NCBI GenBank assembly: GCA_031367385.1 | Contig: JANLPS010000449.1 | Location: 1 to 28,661, forward strand | Direction: 5' to 3' | Length of the DNA stretch: 28,661 nt | Source of the DNA: Archangium sp. | GTDB taxonomy: Bacteria; Myxococcota; Myxococcia; Myxococcales; Myxococcaceae | Shown: piece by piece, positions 1 to 6,609 of the stretch | How the letters are laid out: the number at the start of each line of letters is the position of its first letter | Numbering within the stretch: the first letter of the stretch is position 1 | The notes under the pieces: model-generated | The model's input: the letters and a program-made list of their open reading frames with translations, nothing else | Told to the model about the DNA's origin: nothing | Database searches by the model: none | Program-made: the position numbers and the translations under genes

Positions 1-2
1 CC

Positions 3-560
3 CAGCTGTTCGAGGCGATGGAGAAGATGGCGACGACCGACGGGCTGACCGGCCTGCTCAACCACCGCACCTTCCAGAGCCGCTTCGACGAGCAGCTGGC
101 CACCGCGCGCCGCTACTCGCGCAAGCTCTCGTTCATCCTCACCGACATCGATCACTTCAAGTCGGTCAACGACACCTACGGGCACCCGATGGGCGATCAG
201 GTGCTCAAGGGCGTCGCCCGTATTCTGCGGGAGTGTGCGCGCGATACCGACATCGTGGCCCGGTACGGCGGCGAAGAGTTCGCGTTGATCATGCCCGAGG
301 CCGACACGAAGAACGCCTACGTGGTCGCCGAACGCATTCGCGAGCGGGTGATGAAAGAGATTTTTCAGACCGAGCAGGGCCCGCTGAAGATCACCTTGTC
401 GCTCGGCATCGCGACGTACCCCGATGTCGGCGCCGAGAAGCAGACGTTGATCGATCTCTCAGATCAGTGCCTCTATTTCGCCAAACGACACGGTCGCAAC
501 CAGTCGGTCACGGTGCAGCAGATGAACGCCGGTCGACCTCGGGCCAGTGAAGGGGCCTGA
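3..560 (+). CDS. Diguanylate cyclase, GGDEF domain (5'-truncated by the window edge)
   Basis: The frame is open from the window edge (QLFEAMEKM...). It has TDGLTGLLNHR, DIDHFKSVNDTYGH, the active site RYGGEEF and an RxxD I-site (RDTD). Confidence 0.95.
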   Translation, partial: QLFEAMEKMATTDGLTGLLNHRTFQSRFDEQLATARRYSRKLSFILTDIDHFKSVNDTYGHPMGDQVLKGVARILRECARDTDIVARYGGEEFALIMPEADTKNAYVVAERIRERVMKEIFQTEQGPLKITLSLGIATYPDVGAEKQTLIDLSDQCLYFAKRHGRNQSVTVQQMNAGRPRASEGA

Positions 561-561
561 C

Positions 562-1083
562 GTGGCGATCACGGTGCGACGCGTGACCGGCTCCGAGGCG
601 GGGGCGTCGGTCGAGGCGTTGGCGGCGGTGCTGATCGATTGCGTCGAGGGCGGCGCGTCGCTCAGCTTCATGTGGCCCTTGTCGCGCGAGAAGGCCGTCT
701 CGTTCTGGCAGGAGGTCGCCGATGAGGTCGCGCGGGGCTGCCGGGCGCTGGTGGTTGCCGAAGACGAAGCGGGGCACCTCATCGGTACCGTTTCGTTGAT
801 TCTCGACTTGCCTGAGAACCAGCCGCACCGAGCCGACGTCGCCAAGATGCTGGTGCACCGCAGCGCTCGACGGCGGGGCGTTGCGCGGCAATTGATGAAC
901 GAAATCGAGCGTGTGGCCCGGGTCGAGGGTCGAACGGTGCTGGTGCTCGACACCTTGACCGGTGGGGCGGCCGAGCAGCTCTACGCCCAAGCCGGCTGGC
1001 ACCGCGTCGGAGTCGTGCCTCGCTTCGCGTTGCTGCCCGACGGCCAGCCCTGCGACACGACGTATTTTTTCAAGCACCTCTGA
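562..1083 (+). CDS. GNAT family N-acetyltransferase, Ttr (tabtoxin resistance)-like
   Basis: Motifs VEGGASLSFM, NQPHRADVAKMLVHRSARRRG (acetyl-CoA binding) and LVLDT, with a C-terminal TTYFFKHL. Start moved to the in-frame GTG at 562, which follows AAGGGG; the ORF track starts at 547. Confidence 0.9.
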   Translation: MAITVRRVTGSEAGASVEALAAVLIDCVEGGASLSFMWPLSREKAVSFWQEVADEVARGCRALVVAEDEAGHLIGTVSLILDLPENQPHRADVAKMLVHRSARRRGVARQLMNEIERVARVEGRTVLVLDTLTGGAAEQLYAQAGWHRVGVVPRFALLPDGQPCDTTYFFKHL

Positions 1084-1094
1084 CGGCGCTCAGA

Positions 1095-1123
1095 TGAACG
1101 TTTGCCGGGCTCGTGGCATAGAC
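1095..1123 (+). promoter_or_regulatory. Putative ECF sigma promoter P1 (TGAAC-N17-CATAGAC)
   Basis: Resembles the motifs at 2050-2079 and 4966-4994. Its position would place the transcription start at about the GTG at 1129 (leaderless). The -10 deviates from CGT. Confidence 0.45.
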
Positions 1124-1128
1124 GAGCG

Positions 1129-2052
1129 GTGAAGTTCGTGGCGTTGGTGACATTGCTGACCGCGGTTGAGGGGCTCGCCTCGGTGGGCGTGGCTGTCTTG
1201 CCGATGGTGGGCGACCCTTCGCCTGGCTGCCGCGCCGATGCGCTCTTGGCCGCGCGGCTGGGCTCATCGCCCGTTGCCCGCATCGAGCCCGCTGAGAGCG
1301 CCGAGTGGTTGGTGGCGGTCGCTGCGTTGGCCGATGCCTGGAGGGTGACGCTCGAGCGCAGAGACGGCTCGAAGAAGATTCAACGTGACCTCAGCGATGC
1401 GCAGGGGTGCGATGACGTGGTCCTGGCAGCGCACTTGATCGTCGAACGCGCCCTGCGTGAGCTCGGCCCGGTGCCGTTCGATGACCCTGATCTCGCCGAC
1501 CCTGACCGCGCGGGCGTTGCTCCGCCGGCCCATCGCGCGTGGGGGCTGACGGCGACGGGCGCACTCCGGGCGGTGGCGATGGCCTTCGGTGGTGGGCTGC
1601 ACGCGCATGTTCGAATCACTGATCGGTGGCAGATGGGTGTGCTGGCGTCGATCACCACTGGCGATGTGTCGACGGTGACGATCGATGGGCTGACCCGGGG
1701 CACGATGACGATGACCCCGGGCACGGTCTGGCTGCACGCGGGGCCCTGCTTCGGGTCGACGAAGGTCAAGGCGTGCCCCGAGTTGGTGGCTGGCGTTCGG
1801 CTTTGGCAGGCCCGTGCCGCGGGCGAATATCTCTTTCAGGCGAGAGACACCTGGGCCGCTAACCCCCTGGTTGGACTCGCTGTTTCCGGTCGGGTCGACC
1901 TCCCGTTGCACCTGTTGCTCGAGCTGGGAGCGGTGGGCCTGTGGGCCCCCCTCGTGCCAGTTTTCGGGATTGCGGGTACGACCGACCCGACGTTTTCGCC
2001 TCCGCCCCTGGAGGTCGACTTCTTCGTGGGTCTCGGGTTTCATTTTGATTGA
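1129..2052 (+). CDS. Exported protein: N-terminal alpha/beta domain plus predicted C-terminal outer-membrane beta-barrel
   Basis: Signal-peptide-like start MKFVALVTLLTAVEG and a Pro/Asp linker. The C-terminal half is alternating-hydrophobic beta-strands ending VDFFVGLGFHFD (beta-signal-like). Two Cys pairs after the signal region. The ORF track starts at 1102. Confidence 0.7.
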   Translation: MKFVALVTLLTAVEGLASVGVAVLPMVGDPSPGCRADALLAARLGSSPVARIEPAESAEWLVAVAALADAWRVTLERRDGSKKIQRDLSDAQGCDDVVLAAHLIVERALRELGPVPFDDPDLADPDRAGVAPPAHRAWGLTATGALRAVAMAFGGGLHAHVRITDRWQMGVLASITTGDVSTVTIDGLTRGTMTMTPGTVWLHAGPCFGSTKVKACPELVAGVRLWQARAAGEYLFQARDTWAANPLVGLAVSGRVDLPLHLLLELGAVGLWAPLVPVFGIAGTTDPTFSPPPLEVDFFVGLGFHFD

Positions 2053-2079
2053 ACGCGACGACAGTGAGCCGACGTCTAC
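2050..2079 (+). promoter_or_regulatory. Putative ECF autoregulatory promoter P2 (TGAAC-N18-CGTCTAC)
   Basis: Typical ECF AAC...CGT geometry directly upstream of the ECF sigma gene. Confidence 0.55.
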
Positions 2080-2089
2080 GTCTGCCACG

Positions 2090-2674
2090 ATGTTGCTTTC
2101 ACTCGCCCTCAGCCCTGCCATGACTCCATCGAGTGACGCCTCGGTGCTGCTGGAGGCCTGCCGTCAAGGCGACTCCGCCGCCTGGAAACGCTTGTACGAC
2201 GTTCACTTCGAGTTCGCGCACCGCACCGCGCGGCGCCTCGGGGTCAGCCCGGGTGACGTCGAAGACGTGGTTCACGAGGCGTTCACCGTGGCCTGGCGAA
2301 AATTGGCCGACTTTCACACCGGGCGGTTCTCGACCTGGTTTTACCAAATCATCAGCCACGAAGTGACCGCGTACCTTCGCAAGAAGCGCGTGCGCGCGTT
2401 TTTCACCGGGCGGTGGGCCGACGAGACCGATCACGAAGTCTCTTCGGCCGAGGGCAGCGTGGCGGCGCGGCATTCACTGAGCCAGGTCGAGCAGGTGCTC
2501 GCCAAGCTCTCGAGCAAGAAGCGCGAGGTCTTCGTGTTGTTCGAGCTCGAAGGCCTGCCGCATGAACAGATCGCTGAGATGGTCGGGTGCCCGCCGCAGA
2601 CGGTGCGCACGCGGTTGCATTCGGCGCGCAGAGACTTCGAAGCGATCGCGCGCAAGCGGGGGGTGTGGCCATGA
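2090..2674 (+). CDS. ECF-type RNA polymerase sigma-70 factor
   Basis: Region 2: GDSAAWKRLY...DVEDVVHEAF...FSTWFYQI. Region 4: KREVFVLFELEGLPHEQIAEMVGCPPQTVRTRLHSAR. Start is ATG 2090 or ATG 2120. The stop overlaps the next gene (ATGA). Confidence 0.93.
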   Translation: MLLSLALSPAMTPSSDASVLLEACRQGDSAAWKRLYDVHFEFAHRTARRLGVSPGDVEDVVHEAFTVAWRKLADFHTGRFSTWFYQIISHEVTAYLRKKRVRAFFTGRWADETDHEVSSAEGSVAARHSLSQVEQVLAKLSSKKREVFVLFELEGLPHEQIAEMVGCPPQTVRTRLHSARRDFEAIARKRGVWP

Positions 2675-4959
2675 CTCCACGCGACGAAGAGCTGGAGCGG
2701 TTTCGGGCCCAGACGGCCGAGGTCGATGCGGGTGCGAAAGACCGGGTGTGGCGGCGGTTGGCTGTTTCGACGGCGCCCGAAGCGAGGCGTTCGTGGTTCG
2801 GCCCGGCGCTGATTTTGACGGGGTGCGCGGCGGCGATTGTCGCGCTGGTGTCGGCTGTCGCTCGGCCTGCGGCGTTCGAGACTCGCGGGGCGCAGTTCGT
2901 CGCCCGTGGCCACGCGGAGGTTCGTGCGGCGGCTCCGGGCCAGCTCATGGTGACCCGCGGTACGCTGGCGGTTTCGGCGTGGGGTGATCGGGTGACCGTG
3001 CAAGCTGGGGCGCACACGATCGTGGCTTCGTCGGCGGTGTTCGGGCTGAAAGTCGCCGCCGAGTCGATCACCGTTGAGGTTCGCCGCGGGGTAGTGCTGG
3101 TCGATGGCGCCGAGGTGACGAGGCGGTGGCCGGCCGGGGCTCGGGCGCTTGAGTTTGATGAGCTGGAGGTGGCTGCGGGTGCGACTGCGAACAGTGGTGC
3201 TGCAGACCCGGCGTCGACCACGATGCCGGCAGAACGGTCGAGCGTCGGCGGCAATGACCTCGCACCAGCCGTGCGGTCGGGTGAATTGGGCGCGGCCATA
3301 GGTGGTGCGGCCTCTGGTGCGTCGAATGGCGCGGCTGCTGCACAACTGGCCGGGGCTGCGACCGCGGCGGTGGGTGGTGCTGCGAGTCGCTCCGGTGCTT
3401 CGAATGGAGCGACTGCTGCACAACTTTCTGGGGCTGCGAACGCGGTGGTCGGTGGGGTCGTGGTTCCCTCCGGTGGGTTGAATGACGAGACTGCTGCTCA
3501 ACTTGCCGTGGCGGCGAACGAGGCGGTCGGCGGTGCTGCGAGACGCTCCGGTGGGTCGCACGGCGCGACGGCTGCGCAACCGGCCGTGGCTGCGACCGCG
3601 GCGGTCGGTGGTGCTGCGAGTCCCTCCGGTGCTTCGAATGGAGCGACTGCTGCACAACTTTCAGGGGCTGCGAACGCGGTGGTCGGTGGGGTCGTGGTTC
3701 CCCCCGGTGGTTTGAATGACGAGACTGCTGCTCAACTCGCCGTGGCTGCGAACGAGGCGGTCGGCGGTGCTGCGAGACGCTCCGGTGGGCCGCACGGCGC
3801 GACGGCTGCGCAACCGGCCGTGGCTGCGAGCAAGGCGGTCGGCGGTGCTGCGAGACCGTCCGGTGGGTTGAATGACGAGACTGCTGCTCAACTTGCCGTG
3901 GCTGCGAGCAAGGCGGTCGGCGGTGCTGCGAGACCGTCGCGTGGGTCGAATGGCTCGACGCAACTCGCTGGGGTTGCGAGCGCGACGGTCGGTGGTACCT
4001 CCGGTGCGCCGAATGGCGCGACCGCTCAGCGTCTCATTGAAACTGGGGCTGCGAAAGCGACGGCCGGTGCCGTTGGTGCGTCGAATGGCGCGACGGCTGC
4101 GCAACCGGCTGAGACCTCGAACGCGACGGGCGATCGTGCCGTGAGTCGAGCAGGTGCGTGGAATGGTGCGCCGCCGCGTCACGGCGCGATCTCAAAAACA
4201 GGTATCGATCTTCGCGAAACTGCGCGGGTCGGGCCCGACGCCGCCAGCGCAACGGTCGGCGGAGTGGTGACTCAAGCCTCAGGTGAAGCAGCCCCGCGCA
4301 ACGCGAAAATGGGCGTTGGTTCGGTCGCCGGTACGCGCACCCCGAGCGGGGCCGACGGGCGGGCTGCGAATGGTGCGGCTGCAACGGAGACCGCGGGTAT
4401 TTCAAATGCACCTTCGCCAGACGCGACTCGCGGAGCGACACAATCGGGAGTTGCTTCTGGCGCCACCCACCTCACTGCTCCCCAACCTGCCGCCGGAGTC
4501 TTGAATGGTGGTCTTTCGCGAGACGCGACGGTCACTCCGCCGATCGCTTCACGAGACGCCACTGGCAACGTGGTGACCGGTTCAAGCCCACCTGTCGCTC
4601 GGGCTGAATCGTTTGGCTCGTGCGAAGGAGGCACGGCTCGCAGCGCGTCGAAGAGTGAGCCCGCCGCGCTGACGAATGCACTTCGCGAAGAGGCAGCGTT
4701 GCTTCAACGAGGCGAATACGAGCTTCGAACCCTGCGCGACGCGGCCGCCTCGTTGGGCACGCTCCAGCGCGCGGCGAGCAAGTTCCCCAGAGGGTCACTG
4801 CAGCAGGAGGTCGCGCTGACCGAGCTCGAAGCGCTCCGCGACTTGGAGCGCTGGCCCGAGCTGATCACGGCGGTCGAGGCCTTCGCCCGCCGCTACCCGC
4901 ACAGTGAGCGGCTCGACGAAGTGCGTGCCCTCGGTGCCTTCGCCGCGAAGCAGCGCTGA
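2671..4959 (+). CDS. Putative membrane anti-sigma factor: short cytoplasmic N-terminus, one TM helix, FecR-like beta domain, very long Ala/Gly repeat linker, C-terminal TPR-like domain
   Basis: ATGA-coupled to the sigma gene. N-terminus includes KDRVWRRL; TM is ALILTGCAAAIVALVSAVA; FecR-like segment LMVTRGTLAV...VFGLKV...VEVRRGVVLVDG; C-terminus LREEAALL...FPRGSLQQE...AFARRYPHS. Confidence 0.8.
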   Translation: MTPRDEELERFRAQTAEVDAGAKDRVWRRLAVSTAPEARRSWFGPALILTGCAAAIVALVSAVARPAAFETRGAQFVARGHAEVRAAAPGQLMVTRGTLAVSAWGDRVTVQAGAHTIVASSAVFGLKVAAESITVEVRRGVVLVDGAEVTRRWPAGARALEFDELEVAAGATANSGAADPASTTMPAERSSVGGNDLAPAVRSGELGAAIGGAASGASNGAAAAQLAGAATAAVGGAASRSGASNGATAAQLSGAANAVVGGVVVPSGGLNDETAAQLAVAANEAVGGAARRSGGSHGATAAQPAVAATAAVGGAASPSGASNGATAAQLSGAANAVVGGVVVPPGGLNDETAAQLAVAANEAVGGAARRSGGPHGATAAQPAVAASKAVGGAARPSGGLNDETAAQLAVAASKAVGGAARPSRGSNGSTQLAGVASATVGGTSGAPNGATAQRLIETGAAKATAGAVGASNGATAAQPAETSNATGDRAVSRAGAWNGAPPRHGAISKTGIDLRETARVGPDAASATVGGVVTQASGEAAPRNAKMGVGSVAGTRTPSGADGRAANGAAATETAGISNAPSPDATRGATQSGVASGATHLTAPQPAAGVLNGGLSRDATVTPPIASRDATGNVVTGSSPPVARAESFGSCEGGTARSASKSEPAALTNALREEAALLQRGEYELRTLRDAAASLGTLQRAASKFPRGSLQQEVALTELEALRDLERWPELITAVEAFARRYPHSERLDEVRALGAFAAKQR
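3319..3942 (+). repeat. In-frame 78-bp (26-aa) tandem repeat, 8 full units with a 234-bp higher-order period; degenerate copies continue to about 4170
   Basis: Units such as ASNGATAAQLSGAANAVVGGVVVPSG, GLNDETAAQLAVAANEAVGGAARRSG and GSHGATAAQPAVAATAAVGGAASPSG. AATGACGAGACTGCTGCTCAACT recurs at 3481, 3715 and 3871 (spacings 234 and 156). Confidence 0.95.
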
Positions 4960-4965
4960 ATACTT

Positions 4966-4994
4966 TGAACGTGAGCCCGGCACGCGACGTTCAC
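4966..4994 (+). promoter_or_regulatory. Putative ECF promoter P3 (TGAAC-N17-CGTTCAC), also an inverted repeat TGAACGT-N14-ACGTTCA
   Basis: Lies in the 68-bp gap before the lipoprotein gene, which has SD AGGAG at 5017-5021. Confidence 0.6.
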
Positions 4995-5027
4995 GCCGCT
5001 GCCTTCACCACCTTTTAGGAGAATGAA

Positions 5028-6473
5028 ATGAAAAGAACCGTCACGCTCACCCTCAGTCTGCTCGCCTGTTGCGCGCTGGTCGTTCTCAGCTGCGGTCGAG
5101 CCGACGTCGCGAGCCGATTCGTCAAGACCCAGTTGGTCAAATCCTCCGATGCGACGGTGATTACCGTCACCGCGACCGAGAGCGCCGCGCTCACAGGCAC
5201 CGTGCTCGCTCTCGAGAAGAACGCCCTGATGTACGACACGACGCTCACTCTCGAGCTTGGGCCCTCGATGGTCTCCGCAGACAACAACGCCGGGCCGGTC
5301 GCGGTCTGGGGCCCAAGCGGGCTTCTCTTTCACGCTCCCGTCACGATGACGCTGCCCTTCACCTTGCCTGCAGGCAAAAAGGTCACTGAGCTCAACATCT
5401 TGCAACGCGAGAGCGATGGCACGATCAAACGAATTCCCAGCTCGGCGCTGACCATCGATTCGACGCACTCACGGGTCACCTTCGCGGTGACTGGCTTCTC
5501 GAGCTTTCAAGCCAACACGGCCCCGTTCTCGGAGCTCGACGGCGGCCAGGTCGACATTGATGCCGGCACGAACACTTGCACGGTCAACGCCGACTGCGCC
5601 TTTGCGTACTACTGCGCCCATGGTCACTGCCAGAGCCAGTCGTGGATCGACGCTGGCGCCTGGCCCGTCGTGACCGACGCCGGAGTCGTTCATTGCGCGG
5701 ACAACGGCGACTGCGCGGCCGGCCTCTATTGCCACGGGCCCGAGTCAATCTGCGCGGCGGTGTGGTGCCAGCAAACGAGTGACTGCCAAGCCGATCAATC
5801 CTGCAGCAACTCCAGATGCGAGACGGCCACGGCGATCGACGGTGGAGCGACGTGCGTGCCGATCAAAGAAGTCTGCAACGGCATCGACGACGACTGTGAC
5901 GGCCTCGTGGATGAGGGCAGCAGCTGCGCCTCCGACGGCGGAGCGGCGTGCTACCCGACCCAGGAGCTCTGCAACGGCTACGACGACGACTGCGATGGCG
6001 TGATCGACGACGGAGCCTGCCCAGGTGATGGCGGCGCCGCCTGCTTGCCTCGCCAAGAGGCCTGCAACGGCTACGACGATGACTGCGATGGTCTGATCGA
6101 CGAGGGCGTCTGCGCTGACTTTGATGGCGGCGCGGCGTGCTACCCGACCCAAGAGGTCTGCAATGGGTACGACGACGATTGTGACGGGCTCATCGATGAA
6201 GCGGGTGCCTGCTCGAATGATGCCGGCTCGGCATGCTTTCCGACCCCGGAGGTCTGCAACGGCCTCGACGACAACTGTGACGGCTACGTCGACAACGCCT
6301 CGGCAGTCTTCTGCGGCATTGGCGCGTGCCGTCGAAGCGTCAATTCGTGCTTCGATGGCGGGTCGGCGACTTGTACGCCCGGCAGCCCGAACGCCGAGAT
6401 CTGCAACGGCATCGACGATGACTGTGACGGCATCGTCGACGACGGGCTGGCCTGTATCGACGGCGGCCGCTGA
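5028..6473 (+). CDS. Cys-rich lipoprotein with a ZU5-like N-domain and six MopE-related (putative metal-binding) repeats
   Basis: Strong SD and lipobox VLS-C. GPVAVWGPSGLLFHAPVTMTLP is ZU5-like. Three small Cys modules precede six ExCNGxDD(D/N)CDGx(V/I)D repeats. Confidence 0.88.
   Translation: MKRTVTLTLSLLACCALVVLSCGRADVASRFVKTQLVKSSDATVITVTATESAALTGTVLALEKNALMYDTTLTLELGPSMVSADNNAGPVAVWGPSGLLFHAPVTMTLPFTLPAGKKVTELNILQRESDGTIKRIPSSALTIDSTHSRVTFAVTGFSSFQANTAPFSELDGGQVDIDAGTNTCTVNADCAFAYYCAHGHCQSQSWIDAGAWPVVTDAGVVHCADNGDCAAGLYCHGPESICAAVWCQQTSDCQADQSCSNSRCETATAIDGGATCVPIKEVCNGIDDDCDGLVDEGSSCASDGGAACYPTQELCNGYDDDCDGVIDDGACPGDGGAACLPRQEACNGYDDDCDGLIDEGVCADFDGGAACYPTQEVCNGYDDDCDGLIDEAGACSNDAGSACFPTPEVCNGLDDNCDGYVDNASAVFCGIGACRRSVNSCFDGGSATCTPGSPNAEICNGIDDDCDGIVDDGLACIDGGR
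5868..6443 (+). repeat. Six coding repeats ExCNGxDDxCDGxxD
   Basis: Copies start at 5868, 5964, 6057, 6153, 6249 and 6396 (period 93-96 bp for the first five). Confidence 0.92.
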
Positions 6474-6484
6474 TTCACCGACCA

Positions 6485-6526
6485 GGGGCGACTGTCTGAT
6501 TGCATGACAGTCGCTCCAGGTTGTTT
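6485..6526 (+). terminator. Stem-loop after the lipoprotein gene, possible intrinsic terminator
   Basis: GGGGCGACTGTC (6485-6496) pairs with GACAGTCGCTCC (6506-6517): 12 bp with one G-U and a 9-nt loop. Only a weak U-rich tail (TTGTTT) follows. Confidence 0.55.
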
Positions 6527-6543
6527 CGTGTGTGGCATCGTCC

Positions 6544-6596
6544 GACACCCGAATCATCAGTGATCTCAAGCGGGTGTCACGCGTCACTGCTAACTT
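6544..6596 (+). promoter_or_regulatory. Possible extended -10 promoter (TGcTAACTT) with an upstream inverted repeat GACACCCG-N19-CGGGTGTC
   Basis: TG at 6588-6589 and TAACTT at 6591-6596, 13 nt before ATG 6610. Perfect 8-bp IR arms at 6544-6551 and 6571-6578. Confidence 0.35.
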
Positions 6597-6609
6597 GCCA
6601 CCGCCGAGC

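Noticed and set aside
1814..2089. N-terminal extension of the ECF sigma in the ORF track
   Set aside because: It overlaps the upstream gene and has no sigma similarity; a candidate promoter lies at 2050-2079.
3319..3942. Regularly spaced repeats as a CRISPR array
   Set aside because: The units are contiguous, in-frame and degenerate, with no unique spacers and no cas genes. This is a coding minisatellite.
2431..4182. Long minus-strand ORFs (2431-3657, 3068-3655, 3661-4182) over the repeat
   Set aside because: These are Arg/Ser/Gln-rich shadow frames of a GC-rich repeat. The + frame has coherent TM, FecR-like and TPR-like domains and is coupled to the sigma gene.
4966..4993. TGAACGT/ACGTTCA inverted repeat as an intrinsic terminator
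   Set aside because: The 7-bp stem has a 14-nt loop and no adjacent U-tract. It is better explained as ECF -35/-10 elements.
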